64,000 bases of DNA, from the NCBI RefSeq assembly GCF_009914755.1, contig NC_060935.1. The stretch is one strand, 5' to 3'. The translations under genes and the position numbers were made by a program. Positions 12,226-24,739 of the stretch are shown one piece after another. Source of the DNA: the human T2T-CHM13v2.0 reference genome, Homo sapiens. The notes below the pieces were generated by a model that saw only the letters and a list, made by a program, of their open reading frames with translations, was not told the DNA's origin and searched no databases. How positions within the stretch are numbered: position 1 is the stretch's first letter; every line of letters starts with the position of its first letter.

Positions 12226-13944
12226 CTCTTTTAATACTTCTAATCAGCTGAGGCTCAAGGTACCAGGTAACTTAGTCTGTTAGAAATATGTGTAAAACCA
12301 GAGTAACGAAGCCGTCAGTAAGGGCCTGAGAGTTTTCCTTTTGAACAAGGTTCATAAACTTTAATGCAAAGATTTCGTGGCATGTACTTTGACTTCCAGA
12401 AGATTAAAAAACAAAAAAAAACAACTGTCCTCTTTCCTCCAGTATTTTTATACTACGTTGGATCTATGAAGCTATTGAATAGCTAAATCACATGCTGGTG
12501 AGGAAGGCATTTTTGGCTTAGAAACGATGACATTGCAGCTGGGAGGCTGTGAGTGAAGGCCACAAGGGTTGGTAAAGGCATGATATCTCCTAGTTGGCTT
12601 TCAAGAAGGTCACACTGAAAGTTCTCTGATTCAATTATTTTAAGCCACAGGAAGGCAATTTAGCGACAAGAAGGGCCTCTTGTTACTGGCGATCTTGCAC
12701 ATGAGTCTTGAGAAGGCAGCGGCTGCTGCGGCCTTGCTCACACAGCTTTTCCCCTTTGCCCCTGGACGCTGCTAGCTCTTCAGTCCGCCAGAAACACAGC
12801 TGCCTTTGTGTCTTCTTCTGATGGATGTCTCAGGCGGACCTTCCTGCAGCCCAACAGAGGGTTCTTCCAGCAAGTCCTGCCTCAGCAGGGCCTTCCCTGG
12901 CCTCTCCGTGCCTGGGGAGTCGCCCGGGCCAGCCCATCCAGCCGGTGCCACCCACAAGCTCTGTGGCTGGCAGGTGCCAGGTGGAGACTGTCAGCTGCTC
13001 AGGAGAGAGATTGTTCAGGGTAGTTACTGCTAGCAAGGGATCCCATTTTATCTACCTGCCATCAGAGTAATCTGTCCTCTGCTGGAGCCCCTCGGAGGAG
13101 CCATGCGCAGGTGAGGCAGGCAGATGGCCGTGCAGTCAGGGTGACTTGGGTTGGAGATTGAAGCTGCCGGCCTTGCCTGGGAGGCCGAGGCCTGTGCTGT
13201 GAACTCAGGAAATCTCCCGCCCCTTGCCTGTTTATGGTGAAATCAGGCCTCCCTCAGAAAGGCAGTTTTCCTACTCCGTTTGTTCTCAGATTGGTGTTAT
13301 ACCCAGGAGCCAAATTAGTGGCTAAGAACAATTGGAAACAAATGCTCTTTCAGCATCCTGCTGTGATCCCAGATCCAGGTGGGGACACCAGCCGCGGCTG
13401 CCTTCTCCACTGAGCCACCCCTCCGCAGAGAATCAGCATCCCAGAACCATTCAGCACAGCCAAACTCCCTCATAATCAGCCAGCACCGTACACATCTGTC
13501 TAACCTCAGTGAAACAAGCTGGAGCCCTGTTAAGTTATTTATGAAACAATATTCAGGACCGCCCCCCGGAGGCAAGTTAGGGAATAATGAATGGGAAGTG
13601 CCGTGGTGCCCTTTGGAGAGGACTGTGGCAGGCTTGCTGGAGTGGGGTCCATCTCCCTCCCCCAGGGTCTGGGTGCTGGGTGCTCCCTCCAGTGGCCTTC
13701 GGATGGCTGCCTGGATGGCATCTTTTCTGAGATGCCAATGACTGTTAGCTTGGCTTGGATTTGATAGTGAAATTCTTTCTACTCCCTCCAGCACTGGTCT
13801 GAGAAAGTGTGGCCTACCCTCAACATGCCCCTGTCTGGATGTGCCTGCCCCAAAGGGGAGTGAATAGAAGGTTCTGAAACGCCTGCTGGGGAGAACCCGT
13901 CCTGCAGGACCTATAGAGCTGCTGGATCATACTTAACTCCCTAG

Positions 13945-14075
13945 TCAACTGGTTGTCTGTCCCCTCATTAGACTGTGGGCTCCTTGAGGGCAGGGAACTG
14001 GAATTGCTGTTCGTCATTGACCCCCAGCCTAGTGAAGGATCTGATGCTCAGAAAACATTTTGTAAATGAATGAAG
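13945..14075 (+). mobile_element. L2 3' end fragment
   Basis: tagactgtgggctccttgagggcaggga...tttgtaaatgaatgaa. Confidence 0.8.
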
Positions 14076-14976
14076 GGAATTACTGGCATGACTTCCAATC
14101 CTGGACTTCTCTAAGTAAGTCTCCACCACTCTCTGAACTGTTTCTTCAAATGTGAAATGAGGAGGTCAAGAGAGATGATCTCTAAGAGTCTGCCCAGGCC
14201 CATCCATCTCACTTCTAGCACTGACTTCTGCACTGAGCTGCCCCAGACTCCAGCTCCCCCACCCACTGCCTCTGGGCTGGCTTACTCCTGGAGGGCACAG
14301 CCCACGGTAGCAATGTCCCCTCTGGCCTGGCGACCCTGGCTTAGTCATTATGCAGGGTTTCCAGTCTGGGGCTGGCTCTCTGGTGCCAAATACTGTCCTC
14401 TGCCTGTGCTGTTTTCCCCTGATGCATCTTCAGTCTGTCACTTTTCTCAGTCACACAGTTGAAAATTTCCTCCAAAGTAAAGTTGGATGCAAAATGAGGT
14501 CTTGTTAGCACAAAGAGATGCATGTGTTCTGCCCTGGGGTGCACCTCCTGGGTAGGCTGTATTTCTTTTTTTCTCTGAGCTAGACCCTTCTCCACAAGGG
14601 GAATTAAAGGCCTCTTTATTTCCAACCAAATGAGAAAAGCCCAGGGATCAACCTGTAGCCCATCCACATCCCTTCATCACACTGCCTTTGTTCAGGAAAG
14701 CAGAGGTGTGGCAACTTGCCTCCTCCTTTCTGCCTGCTGCAGAATTTCTCTTGCTTCCTGTGAACCAACAACAGCAATATTTACTTGCACAAGACACGTA
14801 ATATTAACTTTTCAAAGTATGTAATTATTTCATTTCATTTTTACAATATGTCTGCTTTGCAGGCAAGGCAGGAATAGACATCTGGATTTATTTGACCCCT
14901 CCAAAGATTTATTGGTGTCTGGTCCAAGATTTCTTGGAATTTTAGGACTTTATGGCTGAATGTGAACCCAGTGAGT

Positions 14977-15125
14977 ATCTTCTCCACTGATTTTTAACCT
15001 CTCAGGGGATGTGGATAGCCTTGAAATCTTGGTAAAATCTGTAAACCTCTCCCCGGAAAAACTTACACACAAATACTATTCTGGGTAAAATTTCCAGGGA
15101 TTTGTGGACTGCTACCACCTTAAGG
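14977..15125 (+). mobile_element. MER117-like hAT-Charlie fossil
   Basis: aacctctccccggaaaaacttacacacaaa...aatttccagggatttgtggac resembles MER117. Confidence 0.5.
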
Positions 15126-15789
15126 TTCTTCTTGCTCTGGTACAGCCGCTGGGTTGAATAGATGAGGAAGTTGAGGCCCAGAGAGTTAGGGCAATGTGCA
15201 CAGAGTCATAACACTATGAGGACAAGGGCCGTCTCCTAGGTCCTGTCTACACCCTTTCCAACACGCCAAACCATTACTGACTGCTGCATCACATTAGGTG
15301 CCCAAATCCTCTCATCTCTTTCTCTTCCTCCTATTCCCCTCTTCTTTTAGATTTCCTGCTTATCGTTTTATTGCTGTGGATATACACCTAGATGGTACAA
15401 CTAGGAGCGTAGATACTCTCCTACACTCCTAATTGGCCCCCTCTCCTACCCTCACCAGGTTTTTTTTTTTCCTTTTTTTTTTTAATCCTAAATCGTTGCT
15501 CATTTTTCCAGTGTCAGCCTTCTGGAGTTGCCTTCCCTGTTGCAGGCTGGCCCAGCTGTCCCATCCTCAGGAACACAGTCCCTCCTCCCTGGCAGCCTCT
15601 CCTCTGACTTCTCCCCGCTGGGGCTGGGAGGCTCTGGGTTCCTTGCTCTCTCTGTCAGGCCTTGGCTCCCTTATCCTCTCCTTGGACTGATGAGCTGCTC
15701 CTTCCCCTACTCCTAAAGATCTCAGGCTCTTTATTTTTTTATTATTCTTGATAGAAATTGGGAGATATTAGTGGTGGCATATATACGTA

Positions 15790-16440
15790 TTTTTAAATTG
15801 TGGTAAAACATATATCACATAAAATTTGCCATCTTAAGCATTTTTAAGCACCCCTGATAGCTCTCAATGACACCCTGCGCTGGCTGTCCTGGAGTCACCT
15901 GGGGGAGGGAGGGAATGGGTTGCTAGATGGTGCATGTCAGTAATTTGCCTTGGTGTTTGATGACATTAAGTATATTCGCATTGTTGTGCAACCATCACTG
16001 CCATCCATCCACAGAACGCCTTTCCTCTTGCAAAACTGAAACTCCGTAGTCAGTAAGCAACAACTCCCCAGTCCCTCATCCTCCACCTCAGCCTCTGGAA
16101 ACCACTAGTCTACTTTCTATCTCTGTGAGTTTGACACTCTCAGTACCTTGTACAGGTGGAACCATACAGTATTTGTCTTTTTGTGACTGGCTTATGTCAC
16201 CTAGAATAGTATCCTCGAGGTTCATCCATGTTGTAGCATGTGTGAGAATTTCCTTCCTTCTTAAGGCTGAATCATATTCCATTGGATGTAGACGTATGCA
16301 TGCCACATTGTGTCTGTCCACTCATCTGTTGATGGATACTGGGTTGCTCCCACTTTTGGCTGCTGTGAATAAAGCTGCTATGAACACAAGTGTACAAGTA
16401 TCTGCTTCAGTCGCCACTTTTGCTTCCTTTGGGTTTATAG
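15790..16440 (-). mobile_element. L1M (L1MB-like) 3' end, interrupted by a 104-bp foreign insert
   Basis: tttaaattgtggtaaaaca...cattgttgtgcaaccatcac; minus-strand ORF MEYDSALRRKEILTHATTWMNLEDTIL is the L1 ORF2 end. Confidence 0.92.
15849..15952 (+). repeat. Dispersed direct repeat, copy inside L1
   Basis: Ungapped 104-bp alignment to 17181-17284 with 13 mismatches by hand count. Confidence 0.95.
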
Positions 16441-16834
16441 TATGTAAAAAGTGGAGGCATGTTTTTAAGGTGTCTTAATTATTTTCTGCTGTCCCTTAAG
16501 TCAATATTCATTTTCTTCATTAACGCCGTTTGAGCAACTACTGACCTCACTGGGTCTGTGGCACCTGCTGCAAAAGGCAGTTTCTCAGAGAGCCCCGGAG
16601 GAGCCACAGAGAACAGAAGAGACTTTCTACCAGCCTTGAAAGGCTCAGGAGGCCCCCTGCTGCCTCCACTGCTGGTCCTGGCTGGAGCAAGCCTGGGTTA
16701 GATGAGGGTTAGAACCCAGCTCAGCCGTGTATCAGTGGCATGGCATGACCTTGGGTAGTGTACTGCTCCTCTCCCCTCCTTTGCTTAAAAATCAGTTAAA
16801 CAAAAAAGATACAATAGCCTTAACATTCTAGAGC

Positions 16835-17046
16835 AACTCAGTCCTGCACAACCTTCCACGATGACAGAAACGTGCTCCATCTGAGCCGTCCAGTATGACA
16901 GCCACTAGCTACATGTGCTGTTGAGCACTTGAAATGTGGTGAGTGAGAATGAGGACTGAATTTTACATTTCATTTCATTTTAATTAATTAGAATTCGAAT
17001 TTTAAAAGTCACACGTGGCCCTTGGCTACCTTATTGCACCATGCAG
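16835..17046. mobile_element. MER3 hAT-Charlie MITE
   Basis: gccactagctacatgtgctgttgagcacttgaaatgtgg, AT-rich palindromic centre, ttctagag/ctatagag hAT-type target. Confidence 0.85.
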
Positions 17047-17180
17047 CTATAGAGGATGAAAACGGGTGGCAGTCATGTAGTCCATAGAAGGAGCTCAGCA
17101 AGCCCAGTGTCTGGCACATAGTAAGCACTCAATAAATGTTTGCTATTATTAGGTCTTAGGTGTCTTGCTTTCTGGCCCAC

Positions 17181-17284
17181 CACACCTGATGGCTCTCAAT
17201 GACACCCCACACTGGCTGTCCCGGAGTCACCTGGGGGAGGGAGGGAAGGTGTTGCTGTATGGTCCATGTCAGTAATGAGCCTTG
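17181..17284 (+). repeat. Dispersed direct repeat, probable donor copy
   Basis: Matches 15849-15952 and lies in unique sequence. Confidence 0.95.
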
Positions 17285-17329
17285 CACTGAATGTTTCTGG
17301 TCTGCTACTTTCCCTGGAGGGTCATGTGA

Positions 17330-17575
17330 GCCGGAGTGGTATGTGGCCTGCTTTGCAAGTGATTAACATGGTGTAAGCAATCTGCATAGAGAGAAAAAAC
17401 CCTCGGTTGGTATTCCATTATTCTATTAGAGTTTCGGAGCCAGGATTAAGTGGACATGATTTCTTCCTATGGGCCATTAATTTTGTTTTATTGCTGGTCT
17501 GATGGCCATTACCCTTTTTTGCCAATGCATTCCCCCATTAGGTTTGTACAATTAACAAAATATGTGCTGTTAGGG
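17330..17575. promoter_or_regulatory. Candidate homeodomain-rich enhancer
   Basis: GGATTAA at 17443-17449, several CCATTA and a CAATTAA in unique sequence. Confidence 0.35.
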
Positions 17576-18064
17576 CTTTGATAGGAGGAATGGGATGGAA
17601 ATAAAAGGAGGGGGTGCAACCGCTACAGATTTGGGGGTGGGGAAAGTGTCCACAATGAAGGGAAGCCTTCAGCACCTGCCTTCTGGCCACTGGCATTCCT
17701 GGGAAACTGCAGTAAGACCTTTCCCCAGCTCTTTCCCGACTAGGAGTGGAGGAGTTGCCCAGGTGAGAGGGAGAGACACTTGGTGGGTCCATGTGGGAGC
17801 GGTGTTGGCATTTCCTGGCCCTCCTCCTCCAGCATGCAGCTGAGTACGGCACAGCTGAGAACATAATGCGACACCCCCACCACCCCCACACTATCACCTT
17901 GAACCCGATACTGCTCAGCAGGCAGCATGAGTCAGCCTCTAGGTGTCTGGCCCCGTGACGGGGGAGACTTCTGGGGCAACACCTGCCTTCTCTCTATGGG
18001 GCAAACAGGAGGACATGTGCCCAGTTAAAAGGAGGCGGCTGATACTCTACCTCATCCAATGATC

Positions 18065-18230
18065 GACATGTGGAAATGCAGAATTGGCATGTTTAGGTCA
18101 TACAATTTCTGGAGAAAAGTTAGGAATCCAGATTTCTAAATGTGAAATTTTGCAAGGTTTAGATGTTGGCAGATATAAAAACACTGGACAGGCAAGAGTC
18201 AACCTTGGGGCTGGTAGTTGGCAACCTCTG
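18065..18230 (-). mobile_element. hAT-Charlie (MER58/MER102-like) fragment
   Basis: aatccagatttctaaatgtgaaat...tagttggcaacctctg terminus. Confidence 0.5.
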
Positions 18231-19514
18231 CCAGTCAATAAGGAGTCGTGGAAGGGTACTAAAGGAGACATGGACAGATGAAAATTGTGTTTTAGGAAGA
18301 TTCCCAGGGCAGGGTTGGTAGGGTGGATGCGCAAAAACAGTGTGAGGCTGGAGACAAGGAGAGTTGGGTTAATGACAATGGGATGGGTAGAAGAGCAGTG
18401 ATGCTTCTGAGGGAGAATTAGTAAGTCTTGGGTCTTGGTGTTTTAGCACTACAGAGGATGTCCATGGGGCCAGGGGGGGCTTGCTTGTGAGCAGGCCCAC
18501 CCTCATGCTCGAGGGTTTACCTCTGCTGAGACCAAGCCACTCTGTGAGCCCACACCACCCAGTGTATGTGAGTCTTCCCATCCCAGGCTTGGAGGGTAAA
18601 TTGCTTGCTTCTGCCTGGTGTAGAAAGGTCATAAGTATGTCCACTTCTTCCTCCCATATGGGATAAATATTAAGGTTAACCCACCACTGCCAGCATTCCT
18701 AAGATAACTTCATATTCATACCTATACTGACAGGTCCAGGCCCAAGAGTCGAGGCTTGGCCTGGGCAGGGCCTGAGGGGTGTCACAGAGGAAGCCTTTCC
18801 AGGTCCTTTGCAACTGGGTGCCCAGCACTGCCTGTGGCACAGGGGGCTGAGGACTAGTGTGGAATTAGCATCCAGGCCCAGTGGGCTTTGAGGAAGGCCG
18901 TGCAGTACCCTCAGTGCTGGATGCATAAGAGTCTCAGAGGCAACAAGTTAGCACTAGGTAATTATATCTATTTAATTACATAACTATTGTGTCATTTAGA
19001 GCCTGCTGGTCAGGGGCCACAGTGCCTGACTGACAACCTCATGGAACAAGTGTAAGCAACTGCAAAACATTGTCAGGTGATGAGGGTGCACGGGTGGAAC
19101 AGAGCAGGGACTCAGTGAGATATGGTGGGAGCTGCAGATACGCTGTTGGAGGGACGAGTGGTCCATCAGGTGTTTGCTCCTGGAATGGCCCATCTCAATC
19201 AGATTTTTCCACCAAAGTTTTGTTTCTCTTCTGGAAGGTTGGCTTATAGGCCTACAGAGGGCTTTGCAGAGGACAGGAGCATCCAGAGAGACTCTTAGTG
19301 TTCAAGAAGGAGTTGTCACAATTTGGTCCTCATCCCCAAAGTCTGGCTTGGGCAAGAATAGGAAAACTTGTCATGGGCAGTAGGATGAATGTAGAAGTCC
19401 TCAGTCTTCTGGATTTGCCTCTCTTTTTCCTATTCAGTTGCAGCCATTTTTTAATTAAGTTATTAATATGTCCTAGGCATTGCACAAATGAGATGGTACA
19501 TGCACCATCTTATT

Positions 19515-19885
19515 TAAAGGTGCTACTGTTAGCACACTTTTAAAGATGAGAAAATTGAGGTTCATAGAAGCTAAGGTTAGGTAAATGATGGGCCCTGGCT
19601 TAAACCTGAAACTGTTTGACTCCAGCATCTTTACTCTTAACCTCAATGATACACCATGCTAGCAAGAGACTTAGTGCCCTCTCTGGAGGATTGGTTTGGG
19701 CAATCTCAGAGATTGTCAGATGGAGTTTTATTTTAAAGATCTGGTAGTTTAACTCTACTACTTTGCAGATGAGGAAACTGAGGCATACAGCGATTAAAGT
19801 TCCTTGTCCAAGATCAAACAGTAAGTTAATAACAGAGTCAGGGCATGAATCCATGTCTGGCTGACCCCCCGGTCTGGTGCTCTCT
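19515..19885 (-). mobile_element. Two MIR fragments
   Basis: agatgagaaaattgagg and ttgcagatgaggaaactgaggcatacag cores. Confidence 0.7.
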
Positions 19886-20689
19886 GTGTCAGACCTATGG
19901 CTTTGCTAAACCCCCAGCTAATCTTCCTCTTTACCTGGATATGTTTCATAGATGCCTGCACAGCTATCCTTGAGGATGCAGAGACAAGTTCTATCACGCT
20001 ACCTCCTATGGGAAGCTTTCTTCTATCCCTCTCCCCGCCTCTTTTCCAAATAAGCATGACCATTCAACTCCCTCCTCATTTACCATTTCATAAATTCCCT
20101 CATATCTACAAATGTGAATCGCCAATCTCATTTATGATTCCATTTTATTTTCACGATGAATAAGACAAGCCTGAGTTCAAATTCTGGTTGCATTATTGCA
20201 TGGCTGAAAGCCTTTGCCATGATTATTTGCCTGTGAGGATCACAGACAGCTGGCTTTGGAAGGCCCTAAAAACATCAGGCACATGGATGGTTCCCCAACA
20301 GGCATCCATGGGGTAGTGCCAGTCCAGGAAGACTTTTTCAGTGGTGCATATTGATGAGTGAAACATAAGTACAGTGTGTAGAGATTGCATGTGCTTACAC
20401 ACACAGGTGTGTGTGGGGGGTGTGTGTGTGTGTGTGGAGAGAGAGAGAAAATGATGCTCCGTTTCTCAAAGGATGGCTCTTTATTGTGAGATTTTTGCAC
20501 TCTTTATTTTGGGGGAGATGAATTATTTCATGAAATGATGGTGAGAGAAGACACTATTAATGTTTTATCAAAATACAAGTTTGTCAACACTATCAGCCTT
20601 CGAATGCTGTTCAACACTTTACTGATGGCTGAAACCCAAATCAGGGAAACATGCTTTGAGCAGCTTCTCACCCAGTGCACGATTCTCCT

Positions 20690-20880
20690 CTCAGTGTTGG
20701 GAGTTCACTACCTTCCAAGGAAGACTCGCTCATTTCTGGATGGTTCTCATTGCCAGAGAATTCTTTCTTATGTTGAACTGCAGATTGGCTTCCGCTAACA
20801 TCTAAAGTTAGTCCTAATCCTATCCTCTAGAGCAACACAGTCCCCGTCTCACATAGTTTCTTCAAATATTTGGAGGACTA
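20690..20880 (-). mobile_element. L3/CR1 fragment
   Basis: ttcactaccttccaagg...tctttcttatgttgaact...tagtcctaatcctatcctctagagcaacacag. Confidence 0.55.
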
Positions 20881-21029
20881 CCATGTGGGAGAAGGATTGT
20901 ATTGCTTTAGTCACTAGAGCAAGGACCAGTGGATAATTTTAGAAAGGGACAAGGAAGATACATCTCTAGTTTTTTCTACCATATCTTCTGCCTCATAGCC
21001 TCCTAATAATACTGAAAACAGCCACAACA

Positions 21030-21270
21030 GCAGAGATAGCTAACATTCAGCGAGTGCTTATTTTGTGTAAGGCAGCGTTCTACGAACCTTTCAGTATATT
21101 AAGTCATTCATCCTCACCACCACCCTCAGAGGAGGAGTTAGCATTAGCCCTATTTTATACATGAAAAACAGGCACAGGGGCATTAAGTAACTTGCCCATG
21201 GTCAAGCCAGAATCGAAACCTATCCAGTGTGATTCCAGAGCCTACCCTTTGAACTACTAGACTTCTAACC
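21030..21270 (-). mobile_element. MIR (near full length)
   Basis: atagctaacatt...cattcatcctcaccaccaccct...taagtaacttgcccatggtca. Confidence 0.85.
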
Positions 21271-21324
21271 CACAATTTAACCACTAGACATCTTCTCTCT
21301 CCTCTCTTTTCTATTCATCATTGT

Positions 21325-21561
21325 CGAAGTTCCTAAAATATGATGCTAAAACTACATATAGAACTAATACAAACTGGTAAGTTCAGAATGGAGGAGATCA
21401 TTCAACCCTCAGTTGGGTACCATATGGCTATTACTGCAGCCTATGATCACATTTAGTGAGTTTGGCAACAATATCATATCCTGGGCTCATTTTGAGCTTG
21501 GATTTAAATCAAATAATCCAAGTCTTTTTTTTTTTTCAAACTGGGTCATCCCATTATGGTT

Positions 21562-21592
<31 letters not shown>

Positions 21593-22070
21593 GCAATACT
21601 TTTTTTAATGTAAGAGTGGGATTTGGTATATATATTCCTGTCAAATCTTTTCTACAAGAGTCTGTGAAAAAAAAGTGGGTTTGCACGTGGACGTAGGATA
21701 TACTAATTTGATGGTTTAAAGTAATGAGATTGTGGGCATTTTTTTCTTCATTTTCAAAATTATTTCATTGGTAGTTGTCATGATGTTATTGTGCAAGAAA
21801 TAAAAACTGGGAAAGGAAAAGTGAACTTTTAACTTTTAGCCTGTTCTTTCAGCTTGCTAAAAGTTTTATAACAATCTTGAATCTAGCCCTCCAGCACAGT
21901 AACTGCTTTTCTCAGCTTTGCATCATGTGCACCTGAAAAGTTGGCCATATCTTCTTTCAAGTCACAGGTGTCTCAGACAGACAGTCCCACAGGGCAGGGA
22001 TAGAGCATACAGCTCCATGTAATTTAATCTAGAGACTTCATATGCCAAGTTCATATCATGCTCAGTAGTA
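21325..22070 (-). mobile_element. L3/CR1 fragments (interrupted)
   Basis: ttactgcagcctatgatcacattt...gggctcattttgagcttg and ctcagctttgcatcatgtgca resemble antisense CR1. Confidence 0.45.
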
Positions 22071-22169
22071 ATACGTAAGTAGTTTAGAATAATACAAGTT
22101 GGAACCCATTGCCAGCCAAGGGTTGGTTCTGAGGTGCTGGTGGTGGACTCTGCTTGGAATGATGAGAGT

Positions 22170-22290
22170 CCACCATTCAACTTTTCAGCAGATATTTACT
22201 GAGAACCCAGCACAGGCTGGGCACTCTGCTAGGTTCTGGGGATATAAAGATGCAGAAGACATGGTCCTTTTCCTCAGTGGTTTGTAGTCC
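22170..22290 (-). mobile_element. L2 3' fragment
   Basis: cagcagatatttactgag...ctaggttctggggatataaagatg. Confidence 0.7.
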
Positions 22291-22549
22291 AGTGGTCTGG
22301 TTCCGCCTCTGAGGCACCTCCATGAGCTATGAGCCTTGATCATGCAGGTGTAAGGAGACAGCCCCTGAGGAAATGACTTTGCCTCGAGGAAGTCATCATG
22401 AACCAGAGAGAAAATTTGGTTTCCTCAGCACATCTCACTACACCCCATGCCTGAATCTTCTAACTGAAATTCCACCTTCTTCCAAAAAGGCTTGCTTGTC
22501 TTAATTAAAGGGAAAGTGCTAAAGATGGCAGGGACATGTGAGGGTTTAC

Positions 22550-23070
22550 ATTATGTCAAGTCCTTGTTGAACATCCTTCAGTGTCTCTGTGATCCCACAG
22601 GCTAGCCTGCCCTCTATTGCCTGACACCAAAACCCCTGGATGCTCTGGCCCCACCTTGCTGAGCTGGCGCTACTCTCTCCTCTAGTGTCTGTCAGGCAGA
22701 CCAGTCTCTGCGTCATCCCAGGACCCTCCATGCCTTTCTGCCCCTTGGCCCTTGCTTGGATAGCCCCCGTCTTTGGAATGCCTTCTCCTCCCTCCCACCA
22801 GCCAATTCTTGTCTGTCCAGTCCGCCAAGATCCCATTCAAATTCCACCTCCTCATGAAAACTCCCTTGAGTGCCGCGACTCTTGCAGACTTCATGTCTCT
22901 GTGGAGAGAAAATAGGCATCGCTTCTGTACACTTTAGCACAACTTCGTATACAGTCTGGCCTTATTGGGGGTTCTTGTATATGGGTGATCTCTCTTCCCC
23001 AGCAATGTGGAGGCAGTGCTTTTATAACAGGACAGCATGTGTAGATTACAGAGCAGACAACTGATAAATA
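22550..23070 (+). mobile_element. L2 fragment
   Basis: tttggaatgccttctcctccc...ttcaaattccacctcctcatgaa. Confidence 0.6.
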
Positions 23071-23869
23071 TGTGTTGACTGTTTTTATTTTTACAAAATT
23101 GTATTATCTCAGAAAGAGAATTAAAAGCAGGCAGATTTTTTTATCTTTCCAGTCCTGCACCATCATTCTTCTCTATGCACATTTTTCTTCCTGCCCAATT
23201 GGACTCTTCGCCTTCACTTGCAAGTTCTTGTCTGCAGCAAGACTTTCATATTCCTGAGGTAGACAACAGGGTCAGCGTTGTCGTTTGCTTGCCTTTTGCA
23301 GCCTTCCCTGTCTAGATTGCAAAGTTTCATAGGGACCCTTCTGCTCTGTTCCCCTGCATGGGGTCTTCCAATAGGTAGGAGGCACCAGTAAATGATTATT
23401 ACCTTGGTCAGCTCAGGGCACTTGACAACCATGAGGCTTTTTTTCTCCTCTGGTAGTCCTATAGGGAAGGGGAATACAAGCCCTATGAAATGGAGGCATC
23501 AAGCAGGTAGAGGAGGGCATGAACCTCTCGCTCTGCCCTGATTAGGTCTCTAAACAATAATGGTTTTGCTAGGAGTCTCTTGCTAGGAAGCTTTCTCACT
23601 CAGCACTGCGGGCACATGGCTGCCAGCCCTGGCCTTTTTCCTGAGCCAAACCCACCTCTGGGTTTACCCCCTTCCCCATCCTGGCTTTCACTTCTGCAGC
23701 ATCTTACACAGTCTATAAAGATGTTTTCTTTCATTGGCAGGTGAAGTCTGGAGCAGGACTTCTGAGGCTTTCTATCCTCCATGCTGCTCACTAGAAAAGG
23801 GGCTGTGAACTGTAAGTAACTTTGATTGGCGTTTTCCATGCTGACTCAATAAGGTTAGGGGTTAAAGAC

Positions 23870-24070
23870 CAGCCCTGAACCTGATCTTTAACAGCCATGC
23901 ATTGTGCAAGAGAAACACTCAACAAAGAGCTAGTCAGAATGTAATATACAGTGGAGCTCTAATTAGATTATGTCTGAATGTGACAAAGAGGCCCTGTAAT
24001 ATGACATCGTATTTAATTAGACTATATTGATTGTGCATTAAGGTGGACTTGATGTGTTACATGTGTCATG
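23870..24070. promoter_or_regulatory. Candidate enhancer with a paired-class homeodomain P3 site
   Basis: TAATTAGATTA at 23960-23970; TTTAATTAG at ~24012. Confidence 0.5.
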
Positions 24071-24739
24071 AGTGCCGGAGAAGGAAGCTCTTGAGTCTGC
24101 AAGGCCGACCCAGACCCCAGCCACTATCGCCTGTGGGCTAAGCCTGGAAGGCAATGAGAGGAGGAAGTGGCAACATCAGTCCTCAAACTCGGCCAAGTTT
24201 ATAGCCTGCACTTGCTTTTACATCTGGTTATTTCTGGGGAGGCATGAGGGAGGAAAAAGGAAATGCTGCTGACCGCTTCCCTTCCATCAGCCCAGTAATA
24301 GCTTGACCTCTTAGGCTTATTTGCTCATATTGGTTCTCCCCACTTGGCAAAAGTCTACCCACCTGTGGGACCCGGCCTAAGTCCAGCCTCCTCTGCAGAG
24401 CCTTCCTAGGTAACGCCAGCTGGAAGCGATCTCTTCCCCTTCTGAAATTCCGCAGCATTCACACACGCTGCCCCTGCCTGTGTCCCCTGCCTCTGTCCCC
24501 ACCTCTGGCTGTCACATAACCATAACCCTCTCCAGCAAGGCTGTGAGCTCCTGGGGGGTAAAGTCTGGGATTCCTACTTCTCAGTCTGCCCACTGCACAC
24601 TCAGCCTAGTCGCTCTTTAGTAAGTGTTACCTGGATGACTGAGTTGCCCTGGGCAGGCATAGTTTCCCCACGCTGCTTATGGGGCTACCTGAGGCTGAGC
24701 TGTTGCTGCCGCGACTTTGATAGTACGTTGGCTTCCAAC

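Noticed and set aside
12772-13070. GC-rich stretch open in several frames
   Set aside because: No recognisable protein in any frame and no convincing flanking splice pair; openness is explained by GC content
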